DNA of 64,000 nucleotides from Enoplolaimus lenunculus (Eukaryota): NCBI GenBank assembly GCA_030248215.1, contig JASANG010003711.1, positions 310,001 to 374,000 of the forward strand, read 5' to 3'. Shown piece by piece: positions 1 to 19,344 of this stretch (position 1 is its first letter; each line of letters starts with the position of its first letter). The notes under the pieces were generated by a model. It saw only the letters and a program-made list of their open reading frames with translations, ran no database searches and was not told where the DNA came from. The position numbers and the translations under genes were made by a program.

Positions 1-278
1 TTGCACGGTGTCATTAGCATCACACAATAATATCGACTAGCTATGGTAATTTCATATTTGTAATACAATTTTTTCGAAAAATTACAAAAATTAAACTTTT
101 AATAACAACTTAAATGAGACGTTTAGCTGTCCAATTTGTGCATGGTTTATAAGCGGGCTTTCCTGCAGAGAAGATTCTGCAAAACTTTCAAAAAGCGTGC
201 ATTCTCGATGCTTGAAACATATATTGTAAACTCTATCGTGTTTCAATGATTTACAGTTTGTTATGCGAACAACAAAGC

Positions 279-452
279 CAATGGCGGATCCATGGGGGGG
301 CCACACCGGCCGTGGCCCCCCAACAGCATCTCGACAAAAATTTATATAGCAATTTTATGACAATAGTTCATGGTTTGTGTGCGGGTCAAAAGTAAGTTTA
401 TTACCTGTGAAATTTTGGCCCCCCCCATTTTGAGATCCTGGATGCTCCACTG
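279..452. mobile_element. Non-autonomous TIR element (MITE) with 8-bp TSD, hAT-like
   Basis: Ends CAATGGCGGATCCA... and ...TGGATGCTCCACTG are imperfect inverted repeats. Flanked by an exact AACAAAGC duplication (271-278, 453-460). A related element lies at about 14980-15321. Confidence 0.75.
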
Positions 453-455
453 AAC

Positions 456-910
456 AAAGCTTTCTGAAACACCTGCTAAATCGTGGGGGTAATTGCATGC
501 CACCATGTTGCATTTATTATTGGTACGAGTGACGCGTTTCATTAAGAATTGTAAGGTGCTTAGGCTTACGTTTAGGCTTAGGTTTTAGAAATATGCTTAT
601 ACTACTGTTCCGGCCCTGTTCTATACATATTACTGTTCTGGCCCTGTTCTATACATGGGCCAACTATTCTATGTTTTTGCTTTTCTGTATATATCACTAT
701 TGTATATTTATGTGATAACTGGAAACTACGTAGCTAGTATCTAATGTAACAATTCTATATTTGTCGTGAGCTATAGTAAATTAATGCACCGTTTGTTACG
801 TAAACAATAAAGCTTTCTGAAACACCTGCTGAATCTTGTGGGTAATTGCACGCCATTATGTTGCATCTATTATTGATACGAGTGACGCATTTCATTAAGA
901 ATTATGAGGT
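456..910 (+). repeat. Diverged ~100-bp direct repeat (about 456-557 and 808-910)
   Basis: AAAGCTTTCTGAAACACCTGCT...GGGTAATTGCA...TACGAGTGACGC.TTTCATTAAGAATT occurs twice, with a TTAGGC-containing element fragment between the copies. Confidence 0.8.
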
Positions 911-941
911 TGTTATGTTAGTGCGAAGTAGTCGAAACAAT

Positions 942-1015
942 TGGTCGGGGCTGGATTTAAACCAGCGACTTTTGATTAACGGGGCCAATGCTCTTACCAA
1001 CTGAGCTATCGCGGC
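942..1015 (-). mobile_element. tRNA-derived SINE head or tRNA pseudogene
   Basis: Reverse strand reads GCCGCGATAGCTCAGTTGGTAAGAGC...GCTGGTTTAAATCCAGC...CCA. It has an A-box/D-arm and a B-box-like T-arm, but the acceptor and anticodon stems pair poorly. Confidence 0.6.
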
Positions 1016-1680
1016 TCTGCTTTAACAGTGGTGCTAGCTAATATATGCGTTGGTTTCGTTTTGTGAGCATAGCCAATCAGCGATCACCATGTCTCAGTAC
1101 CGAGTCGCGTACCACTGCGTCACGCAGCCTTGTGATCCGTCCAACTTAGATTGGAGAGGGAACGCAATATGGTGCTGTGTAATTCGCGTAGAACTATTGG
1201 ACTAGCCGGGTATTTTATCTGGGCCTCCTGCTTGTAAGGCAGACGTTTGAATCGTGACCTTTGTAGAACTGTTAGTAGTTTTTAATTGAGTTGCGGGAAA
1301 AACAGGCGTGTGGGCTGCGGGTGGCAACAAGTCGCAAGCTAAGATGTTTGACGGACGCTCTACCACTAACACATGTAGCCTGAGTCTCAAAGTGATTTTA
1401 TCGTCAATTATGTATGTCAGTAAGTGTGCTGCTGGCATACAGGCATTCTAGTACCAAGCATTTTATATTGCTTGTGCATTAGGGCAAATAATATACGCAA
1501 GTGTATTGTACACTTGCATCGCCCACGTTTAATCAGTGGCCTGTTCTTTTTTACTGTCTATCTAGTTTTGGATTGAATCCCATATACTGTTTTGTTAAAT
1601 TAATTTCTAAGTTCTGTTGCTAAAATGAGTTATTAGATGGTGGTGTTGTCTATATCTGTAAATATGCGCTGATGACTGTA

Positions 1681-9188
<7,508 letters not shown>

Positions 9189-10878
9189 AGACTGTGACGA
9201 GGCTTTACAGATTTGATTCGAACTGAAATAACGAATATTGTGACACTGAAACAGATGATGTCAGATCAGCTTGGATTCGATATCGTAAGAGCTATGGTGA
9301 GGTTGTGCAAGACGTGCCGGTGGTGTTGAAGATTGATTATTTTGGTGGAAACTGGATTTTGTTTCTTAGAAATATGTAAAGGTAGCTAATGCGTAGTTGA
9401 TAGCATGAACTGCATGTAAACTAACAATATGCTCTTTAACCCGCTAACGGATGTAAGCGGAGCCACTAGGCAGCGCCGTCCTTAATGCGTGAGGCCTCCG
9501 TAAAGTCAATGTGAAAGGCTGTCCGAAGTCGGTGCAAGGGTTCTTCAGTCATTAAGCCGTAATTTACTGAGCGACTAAAATAACTATTTCGGAATAAAAT
9601 AGCTTCGTTTTGTACCCTTGGGAACAAAAGTGAGACACCATGGAGTAGCACGAGTAGTGACGAATCAAGGGTTGTTTGTTCGGGGAGGATGCAATTGATT
9701 TTTTAAAATTTTGCAATTTCAAAGTTCGACTTTAACAATTTTTTCCAGTCATAATATTAACTAATTGCACATAAGACGCCGAAATACTGTTGAATTCGTG
9801 ATGAAATCTCGCCATATTGTTCGCCTGTTTGACTACAAGCCGTTAGTCTTTACATGGTTATAGATCGATGTTACCTTTTTCATTACCTGCAGACTTCATC
9901 GGCTGCTGGCTGCATGCCTTTTTGCTGTACAGTATAGCCGTGTTCATAGTATTATGTAGTGCGATGTCAGTAGAGAATGCTCTGTGATAATATTGATTGG
10001 TGCTTTGTTAAAGTTCTTGGCAGATAATCTCAACTTGCGTTTAAAACTTTATGGCAAAGGATCTAGTGCATTCTAGATTTTTATGCTGATAAGTAGAGCT
10101 TTTTAATGTTTGTAGTTAATGCTGATGCTGATAAGTCGAGCTTGCTTAAGTTTTTAGTTACTGCTGCTTGTCGTAGTTTCCAGTGTTTTGTATTTGGAAC
10201 TCGTAGATGGGTGTGGCTAATGTTTCAGGGTTTGTAACGGAGAATATATGATCTGCCAGGAATTTTTCAGTATATCTGTTGTATCACGGTGCAGTCGGTA
10301 CATTTTGTTGCTGCAATTTAAATCTGTTGTATGTGTTCTTTCTATTGTTTCATGATGCGCTCAATGGCTACAGTCTCTGTAGCTATTATATTTTGTTATG
10401 GACGCATTATTAATAGCAGTTAAAATTTATTTTACTGTTTCTTAATAAAAGTGAATAGTTTCTCGCTGTTATTTTCGGCCAAAGTGAGTCAGATGTATGG
10501 ATCCAGCAACCCCGGAAAAAAATTTGGCACCCTCATATAAAAAATTTTAACCTGCTTGTAAGTATTGCGAAATTAGAAATTGTGGCTCCGTTGGTATATT
10601 GAGCTGGTTGCGGGCGTTCGTCTGACTTGAAAAGTAATTTTGCTGTTAATTAAAGCTTGATTGCGATTTTTGACATTTGTGCTTTTTGTAAGCTCAATAC
10701 TGCGCATACGAATGTTTCTGCTTTTGTTTTCTTGCATTTTCGCGGCGTGTGTGCATTAAAACTATTGAGTTGCAGCTACTGATGTGTTGCAGTTTTTGTT
10801 TTCATAAATGTTTAAATATATAGGAAGGAATTGTACAACAGCTCTTACCATTAAATTTTTAACCACTACAGTATACAA

Positions 10879-11129
10879 CAGGGTACAACCGGAGGTCTGC
10901 CTCCGGCTCCGGCAGACAATTGGCCTCCGGCTCCGGCTTTGGTACAATTTTTGCCGGAGGTTCCGGTAATTTCGGTAGTAAAATTTTGCAAAATTTATCT
11001 GTTTAGGTGCGTTTCGTTTTACACAATTTTCAGCAAAGAATTTCCAAAATTTCGCAGAGAACCAAACAACTTAACAACATATTGCAGGTATTCCCAACTC
11101 CGGTATTTTTCACCTCCGGTTGCACCCTG
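10879..11129. mobile_element. hAT-like MITE (CAGGGTGCAACCGGA family)
   Basis: TIRs CAGGGTACAACCGGAGG and CCTCCGGTTGCACCCTG, with exact 8-bp TSD GTATACAA (10871-10878, 11130-11137). Further copies or fragments at about 12175-12240, 19638, 21546, 31700-32029 and 61381. Confidence 0.85.
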
Positions 11130-11949
11130 GTATACAACAAGCAAATTTTATTTGTTACTAATGGTAAAATTAATTGTTTGCTTGCTTTTTTCTTTTTAGG
11201 AAGGACATGGGCACATTTGGACGGAAAACATACATATCTGTGCAGCACTGTCATTTATAACGTATTTCCAGTACACACTGTTCCGTAACATGCTTGGCTG
11301 GAAAGTGGCATTATTCAGAGTCAGAGTAGATATATAGGCGTATCGAACCAGGCTGACATTGATTTGAATGTTTAGTTGTCTTTCAAAAGAAAATCATGTG
11401 TAGTATTTAGATAATGAGCGGAATAGAACGAATTGAAACTTATGTTTTACCTGAAAATTGACGAATAGCCGTATTCGCAAAAGTTTGACAAGGAAGAAAC
11501 TATGAAGAATATTGTTTTGACTTTTAGCACGTAGTCAAGACTGCTGGGCATAACAAGAAGGTCAGGTTAATCGTTCAATAAACTATATCGCTGACTTTAC
11601 GGGTTTGGAATAGCAAGGATTTTAAACTTGAAATGACTTTTCTCGGAAATTATACATAAGCCCAGCCTTGAATTTTCCTTTATACTACAACTTAAAGCGC
11701 TTCATCTGTTGGTCAAAGACGTTTGCACAGGATTCTTTTGTTTGGGAAAAATTGAATTGATCGGGGAAAAAGTTTTCCGGAAAAATTGCTAGCAATGTAT
11801 ATACTCGTGTGTCCACAAGCGCAAGCACGTTAAATGATGCTTTGTTTGGTGCTAAGAGACTGACATGACTTTTAATATAGGGATTCGCGTTAATCTTGCT
11901 GCCGTCCAAAAATCCTACAATCCCATTATGCAACAATAGAGGTGAGGTG

Positions 11950-13250
11950 GAAGGGCCAATGTATATATAGCGCAGAGCCATCCCCATGGTGGAATGCTTA
12001 TGACCAGGAGTGCAGTGCAGGCACTCCTGTATGGCGACTAGGAATTCCGTTGGCTTGGTAGGAAAAATCACAAGCATAATTTTAGCTGGAAAAAGTGGAT
12101 AAGACGCCTGAATATTCCCTGAACTAATTTTACTTTTTTAACCACAATGTAAACCAAGGTTAAATATCTATATACCTCCGGTTCTGGCAAGAAAGTTTGA
12201 CCTCCGGCTACGGTTTATTTCACCTCCGGTTGCCCCCTGCTAGTTCGGTATTTAAGTTAAAGGTTTAGGTGAGGTTCTGAAATCAGGAAGAGTGGAAAAG
12301 TTAAACGTATATGTTTTCTGTATGTCTGGTAGGGTAGAAATGGTTTGGGCGCTTTGTCTGAAATATTAGGATATGTGCACTTGAAGAAATGGTGAGTCAA
12401 ACTGACTTTCTCCATAGTAGGCTTTTCCTGACTACACAAACTGAGTCAAAATTCGAGTCCACCAGAGTTAAATTGTGTCGAACTTGACTCTGGCGGAGTC
12501 AAATTTAGACTCAGTTTGTGTAGTCAGGAAAAGCCTATTTCGGACAGTCAATTTGACTCACAATTTTTTGCAGTGTGGTTCGGTTTGGAAAATGAGAAAA
12601 GTGAAAAAGTGAAAAATTCAAGCACAGGTATATAAGTGTTTTGGGTTTGTAGGAATAGCTGGAGGTGTATGCAAGTTTCAGAAACTGGGAAAATTGGAAA
12701 AGTTAAATGTATGGCTTTTCTTAGGTCTCGTAGGTAAGGAACCGTTTGATTGGTTTGGCTGGAAAATTGGGATGAGTTGTTCGCTTCGGAAAATGAGAAA
12801 AGTGGAAAATTCAAGCGCAGGTACGGTTCTTTTTGGTGTGTAGGAAGTGTTAGAGGTGTTGGCCAGGTACGGAAAACGGGAAAATAGGAAAATTTGATTT
12901 GAAGCGTACTTAGGTTTGGTTCGGAAAACGGGAAATGTGGAAAATTCAAAACGCATACGTTTTCCCTGGTAAGGTTGTCCCTATCAACTCAGGGATAATC
13001 TAAGCGTTTAAATTTTCCACTTTTCCCGTTTTCCAAACTTTACAGCATAGAGTTCCCTCCCGAACCAGAGAATATCCAGGCTTATGAATTTTCTACTTTA
13101 CCTGTTTTCGAAGCAAAGCTTTATATGCTTGTTATTTTTCATATCCAGCCAGTGGAGTCCCCAGCTGTCATACAGGAGTGCCTGTGCTGTACTCCTGGTC
13201 ATAAGTTTTCCACCTTGGAAAATGGGAAGCCTCTGTGCTATACATGGCCT
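11950..13250. mobile_element. Large foldback/TIR element with ~170-bp degenerate inverted arms enclosing repeats and nested MITEs
   Basis: CTTATGACCAGGAGTGCAGTGCAGGCACTCCTGTATG (about 11997) is the near reverse complement of CATACAGGAGTGCCTGTGCTGTACTCCTGGTCATAAG (about 13169). Homology extends over about 11950-12120 versus 13075-13250. Confidence 0.65.
12418..12537. mobile_element. 120-bp near-perfect palindromic MITE
   Basis: TAGGCTTTTCCTGACTACACAAACTGAGTC ... GACTCAGTTTGTGTAGTCAGGAAAAGCCTA are exact 30-bp inverted repeats, with further internal pairing. Confidence 0.85.
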
Positions 13251-13269
13251 GGTGGAAGGATGGTAAGGT

Positions 13270-13545
13270 GGGATTTCTGATTTTGTGATATGATCAAAGA
13301 TGAGATTTTGACATTTCAGGATATGGTCGAAGGTGTCATTTTGGGATTTCGGGATATGGTGGATTTTTGAATTTCGGGATATTGTCGAAGGTGATTTTGG
13401 GATGTGGTCGAAGGTGGAATTTTGGGGCTTGGAGATTTCGGGATATGGTCGAAGGTGGGGTTTTGGGATTTTGAATACGGTCGGAGGTGGAATTTTGGCA
13501 TTTCGGGATATAGTCGAAGGCGGAATTTTGGGATTTCGGGATATA
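13270..13545 (+). repeat. ~30-33-bp minisatellite (TTTTGGGATTTCGGGATATGGTCGAAGGTGGAA-like)
   Basis: About 8 degenerate tandem units are visible; they explain the stacked spurious ORFs here. Confidence 0.85.
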
Positions 13546-14699
13546 ATACCTATGGTAATTATATTTGGCAAAAAATAAGTGTGAAGTTTTTGACAATACT
13601 TTAGCTGTATACAAATAAACCATAATGCACTGCTAAACGTCAGAGTATTAACCACACATCGTTACTATATCCGTATCTTGACAAACATGAGATTTGTCAA
13701 ATTTGTTGCACGCAATTCGAATTAAATATTTCATCGTTTTTTTCACTCTAGAAAATATCTTTTGTTTCAGTTTATTTGGCCGTCGACACATTACAACGCA
13801 TGATGCTACGGGGAAAAGTTAGTGACCTTGTCATTATCGTGGAAAAGCTGTGTTTTTCTTTACACTTCAAATATTGAAATTTTAATCATTGTCATGTTAC
13901 AAAATTTAAAATCCAATTCACAAAAGGATGCTTAAATTTTCAGTGAAGATACGTTTTGTTATGAAATTATACAGTAATATTTTTTGTTTACCCTAAAGAA
14001 AGTAGTGGTTTTTGTGAATAAAATGTAAGTTTCTCAAATGAATATATACGCTTTCAGATCTGTTGCAGTTTTATAACCGGGTTTCGTGAAGGGTTTTAAT
14101 ATTTTATTGTTTTAAATGTTGGAAAAAAATTATTGCTTCATAAAAAGCTACAAGTTGCGTCAATATAACCATAACAAGTCAATTAGTCCTAGATTGAGAC
14201 GAAATAATGGGAGTAAAAATACTAAGGGCTGTAGTTGCCATTCTGCAACTGCTGATAAAAATAGGTGTAGCTTTTAAATCATAGTTTTCGGACAGATACA
14301 TCAAAGACCTCGGCAACTATTATATATAATGATAAAAGAAGTATTAGAGAGTGGAAGAATCATGGCACATCTGGTGGGCATTGGTTTGCTTGTAGAACAA
14401 AAATGTATGCATGTCACACATTTTGGAGTCATCGATAGCCATGCTGTACCAACCAATTCATTTCAATATCGCGTGCTTTGCCGGTATATGGCATGTGGCT
14501 ATTTATTGTTGCGCCATTCAACGTAAATGTACTTTCAGTAGCTCTTTCATTTATCTCAGTATTAAAATGTGCAAGTTTTGGGTTTCGTTTTGAGTTTAAC
14601 AGCTCGTTTCAGATTTACACCGCAGCTTGCTGGCAAAGTTTATGTTCTTTAGTTTAAGAGTGAAATTTGAAATAAACATTATGGTCCATGTATGTTATA

Positions 14700-14906
14700 G
14701 TCCATGTATTGAACAGAGCCGGATCGTTTTCCGGCGGGGCTGTAATAGAGTCAGTTTAAGCTTTAGACTAACTTTTTTACTTAGGCTTAGCCTTTGGCTT
14801 AGGAATAGGTTTAGGAATAGGCTCATCCTTACGCTTAGGCTTAGGCTTAGATTTAAGCTTAGGATTATGCTTTTACTACTGTTCCGCCCCTGCCCTATAC
14901 ATGGGC
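14700..14906. mobile_element. MITE carrying internal (TTAGGC)n telomere-type repeats
   Basis: TIRs CCATGTATTGAACAGAGCCGGA and TCCGCCCCTGCCCTATACATGG, with internal TTAGGCTTAG arrays. An opposite-orientation copy is at 40786-41024. Confidence 0.75.
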
Positions 14907-15602
14907 GTACATTATTTGCATATTAGTCACGAAACAGGATCGTTTAGTATTGCATAACTTTATTTCTAGGCAATTCATCAGTATTAGTGGATCCAGAGGG
15001 GGGCGTACGTCCCTCGTCAGAATTTTTTTGCAAGGAAATGGCATGATCAATAGCACGTAATTTTTTCATTTATGCAAATTTTTGTGTCAAAAGTGATAAG
15101 GTCCCTTCGTTACAATTTTTCCCCTCAGAAATTATTTTTGTGTTAAAATTTTAAGCTCTGTATCGTACAATTTTTCCCCTCAAAAAATTTTCTAACGATA
15201 AAATGACAAGGTCCACCTTACAGTTTTTCGCTGTCAATGACATATATAGGATACTGCAAAAATTGCGTTTCATAACATTTGCCAGCCTGCCTTTCGTCAG
15301 AAATTTCTGGATTCGCCACTGACTGCCAATGTAGGTGTTTATTGGTTTGCTTTCACATTTATATGTATACTGTTCTAGCTTAATATAAAATTTATATTTG
15401 TTCGTGTATTAATCGGTATTAAAAGTCTTAAAACCGGTCAACTGTGTGGCAAAAATACTCAGTTTGTTGTGCCGCTTTATACCAAGACGTGCTATTACAC
15501 CCGCACAACGTTTTTAAGATTGCTACTATGGATCCAAAACGGACTATGCAGTTATCGATTTTGTTAGCGATTCTAAGTTGGATTGGTTAGTTTTTTAACC
15601 CT

Positions 15603-15725
15603 TTCTCACATGAATATTTTCTATTACCCCAGAGACCTGCTTTTATGCTAGGATTCGAACTCCAGTGACTAGAGTGGGAGGCGTATACCATCACCACTCA
15701 GCTATAGGAGCTTGACGCTCGAGCC
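15603..15725 (-). mobile_element. tRNA(Gly-like)-derived SINE head
   Basis: Reverse strand reads GCTCCTATAGCTGAGTGGTGATGG..CGCCTCCCAC..GGAGTTCGAATCCTAG: A-box, a tRNA-Gly-like CGCCTCCCAC segment and a B-box. A second copy is at about 8.0 kb. Confidence 0.6.
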
Positions 15726-15921
15726 CGAGGGGGCTCTCACGTCTTGTGGTGATTTAGTACTATGTATACGTGTTGCAATTGTTAAACACGGTGCGATATA
15801 TACTATTTAACGTATATACACTGGGCTGAGTTGCCTACAGGCAACTCAATGTGAGAACGGGTTAAATTCGGTGAAAATCGGACGATATAAAGAAACATTA
15901 ACGCGTTTCTTATATATGCAA

Positions 15922-17760
15922 ATGGATTTCAATGCATTTTTTAAAATTCACCTACGTTTCTCAATCGTTCTAACATTAACAATTATTGCAAACGGGTTTC
16001 ACAACGCATTGGTAAAATTTACCTCAGGTTCTCGATCATCGTTCTATTTTAACGTCAACTATTTTTTCAATGCAATCGTGCAATTTTTTAGCCGATTCCC
16101 TTGAAACGTCTTTGCACAATTTATCGAAACGTAGCACTGGAGACAAACGACAAATGATACGTTGTGTTAACGGCGGAAGTGCATCGATCTACAGCCGCTA
16201 CGGATGCTACTGCCCACGAAGACCGAGAACAGACGAACCTCCAATTGACGATATCGACAAGTTTGTATATTGATTATGTTCCACAAACATGACTTCAAAT
16301 ATTGATTTTGGATATATTTTTGTAAATTACAGACTTTGTTAAGTTTGCAAGTCGGGATTTTTGATCAATTTGCATCTCCGGTAAAGTAACTGGTGCCTAC
16401 GCAAAGTTACCTTGAGGACCTCAAAATAAATCCCGATCTTGTCCTGCGATCCGTGATTTGGGTTAGTACACGTGTTATTAAACTTCGTCATGGAGTGCAC
16501 AGCTAAAAGGCATTACTTTTTGGCTAACATGTATTTGGCATCACAAATATATAAACGCCAGAGCCATGTCAGACTCAGAGCTGAAATGATATAGGTTTAT
16601 TTACACATGAGGTCAGCAACTTAGAGAACCGTTCTAAAACATTTATACGAAGAAAAATCTAAGTCAGTTGTATGGTGCCAATTTAGTCCTGCATTGTGAA
16701 TTCAGTGCAAAACTGCAAAATAAGTTAACAAATATACGAAATGTTGAAATTAGTAGAGGTATACTTCAAAGATAAGTTTTGAATTATATAATAGATTTGC
16801 CAAAACTAAAATAACTATTAATGATTTGTATGCCAATTATTAGTTTTCTTTAAACAATACTCAAAGTATATTCGGGTTTCAGATGCTGTCAAGAACATAA
16901 GCTGTGTTACAGTAGTTTTTTCTGTTTTACAAAGCTGCAGACTGTCCCATATATTTGGGAATGCATTGACAGCGAACCTCATTGCGCTACCGATCGTAAG
17001 TGTTTATCTTTTTTTGAGTTTTATAACTTGAAATTATATACTTTTGATTTGTAAAGCCTACTTAACGAAAGCCCATAAGAGTTGGCTTCTACTGAACTCG
17101 AATGAAAGTCATATCAGAAAATAGTATTTGTCTATGCGAACTTTGCTGGATTTGTTCCGTTCAAACTAGTATGGAACTCGTTTGTGAAAGCTATAAAATA
17201 TACAAATATTGCGAAATTTTCGACATTTTGAATTAGCGGTTTAGTATTTATACAAAGTTGCACTCAATCCAAACTCAACAAAATTCAATCTGGCATATTT
17301 AATCACCAAAAATAAGAATTAATGTGTCTTGGGCTAAAAAATTTTGAAATTATTTTTTAATCTAAACATTTCACAGAACTCGCTGGTATTTTTTACTATA
17401 TACAAAAAATCTTCAGTGTTCGCAAAACCCGACAGCAACTACAATGGGGAAATTGTTACCATGCACGGTTAAACTTTGTTAAAAGTTAACCTATCTTGTT
17501 TGAATCTTACAAGGACAAATTTGCCAGAGCTAATATCTATTCGAATGGAACTTTTTCGATGAAAATGTTTCTTTTCCAAGCTAATTTGAATAAAATGACG
17601 TTTTTTAGAAAAAGTAACAGCAAAACGAAATCGCTTAGCAATTGGTTGCACTGCTCGACTATGCGAATGTGATCGGCAATTTGCGTTGTGTCTGAAGAAA
17701 TACGGAAAGCCTACTGCTAGAAAAGTGTGCCCGTATCGGAAAATACGTACTCGCAATTAG
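15922..17760 (+). CDS. Secreted phospholipase A2-fold protein, predicted catalytically inactive (His-Lys instead of His-Asp); exons about 15922-16027, 16092-16260, 16883-16995, 17609-17760
   Basis: Signal-peptide-like MDFNAFFKIHLRFSIVLTLTIIANG, then SKR|STGDKRQMIRC, YSRYGCYCPRRPRT, PIDDIDKCCQEHKLCY and CTARLCECDRQFALCLKKY. AATAAA at about 17825. The exon 1 donor is the least certain boundary. Confidence 0.85.
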
Positions 17761-19344
17761 ATCTGGTTTATTGTCTATTTAGTACCTCTACTCTATCACA
17801 GATTGTGATAGAAATGTTTAAAAAAATAAAATTGAAACATCTTCAATGATTGTTGTATACTGAGTGACTTTTTTTGTTTGGTAATATATTTTGGATACAG
17901 ATTTGACAACATTTTTACATTCGTTCATTTAAATGGTTGACAATTTAGTTATTTTTCCGGATTAAAACACGATTTTGTTGAATTGAGGTTTCTCTGGAAA
18001 CGGCTGAACCTTTATGTTAAATGTTCTTCTACGCTGTATTTTCTTAGTGAGTTAATCTGTCAAATAAAATTATTTTGGTATTTGAAAAGCAAGCTTGCTG
18101 TTTCAAAGAAATTGTATTTTAAAGTTTAGCTTCAATACTTCCCAATGTGTAAAACTCACAATCGTTATACATACATATCTATACACTATGGGAGATAGAG
18201 TACCAGGAAGTGAAAGTTTTACTTTCAAAATTTAGCTTTGACCATTTGTTTGTTGTAAATAACAAATTTTTCAGCAACTAGACTGCATGTGAAAGCAATT
18301 TCCGGACTTTTGTCGCTTGAACTCAAATTTCTATTGTTATTTTTGAATAAAATAAAACTCAGATAAATAACTGCTATAATTGCTATTATTGCAAAATTGT
18401 GCAATTAACAAGCTGAAACCACTACAATAGTGTTAATATGAAACGCTTTGGATCGTGTGAATGTGTTTTTAAGTGAACCGAAATCATTTTATTATTCATA
18501 TGGCTCGCAGAAACTTTTATATTGAAGTCAACGAACACTAAAACTCAGGTTAAAAGGTGTTTTGAACTGTGAAAATTTTGTCAATTTTTGATGGGAAAAT
18601 TCTCTGACAAACTTCCTATACCGCATAATTGGTAAATGTTTCAACTCTAAAAACGTTTTGCTTCGAATGAAAAAGATTATAAAAGGGCGGTGCACCCTAT
18701 ATCTTTGTCTATTCTACTTAATCTGACATTCGTTGTTTTAGAACCTTTTTCAAGTGCTTAAATGTAATGGGTAGGTATTTGAACGGAGTTGCGAGATAAA
18801 TTATAGTGGCACACTGTGGTAAAGTTCGGAAATTTAGAAAATATAAAGGTCATATTAGATGTATTAAAAGATTATTGTGATCATAAATAACCTTTGTTTT
18901 TAGTGCTCTTGTCACTACCCTCATGCGACCGAGATAAATTGGAATTGGTCGTTTTTGGCTAAAAATTGATTTTACTCAAATCATGTAATATTCGTTTTTA
19001 CATAATCCTTGTAATTTATCAATTTTGACCCGTATAGCATTTAAAAGCTATAAACAATGATAACCTTCTTTAAACAAAGTGATAAAGCTAAATGTTTGAA
19101 CAAACAAATGAAGTTTTTGAGTATTAAATAAACACTTCTTTTACAGAGAAAAAGTAAAAAATGTTTTGCTTCAAAGAAAACTGTAAAATGCTACACGTCT
19201 TCAGAATATATGAAGAACTATTACTTTTGTGGTGCCGAAAGAAGCAAAACATTAAGCTCAAGCCAAAAATTATGGTATTCTTTCTTGAGACAAGTTGAAT
19301 TTTGTTTGACAGAAATTCAAATATACAAGTTTTCACCATAAACG

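Noticed and set aside
942..1015. Functional tRNA gene
   Set aside because: Acceptor and anticodon stems are mispaired and the T-loop lacks TTC; better explained as a SINE or pseudogene.
9436..9850. piggyBac-like start TTAA-CCC downstream of LETM1
   Set aside because: No convincing matching right terminus (GGG-TTAA) was found; probably 3' UTR or flank.
13098..13655. Several overlapping ORFs up to 185 aa
   Set aside because: They arise from the ~33-bp minisatellite; no domain and no splice support.
14627..14926. ORF with LRLRLR repeats (similar LSLSL/LGLG ORFs at 20820 and 40552-40945)
   Set aside because: Translation of TTAGGC repeats inside MITEs.
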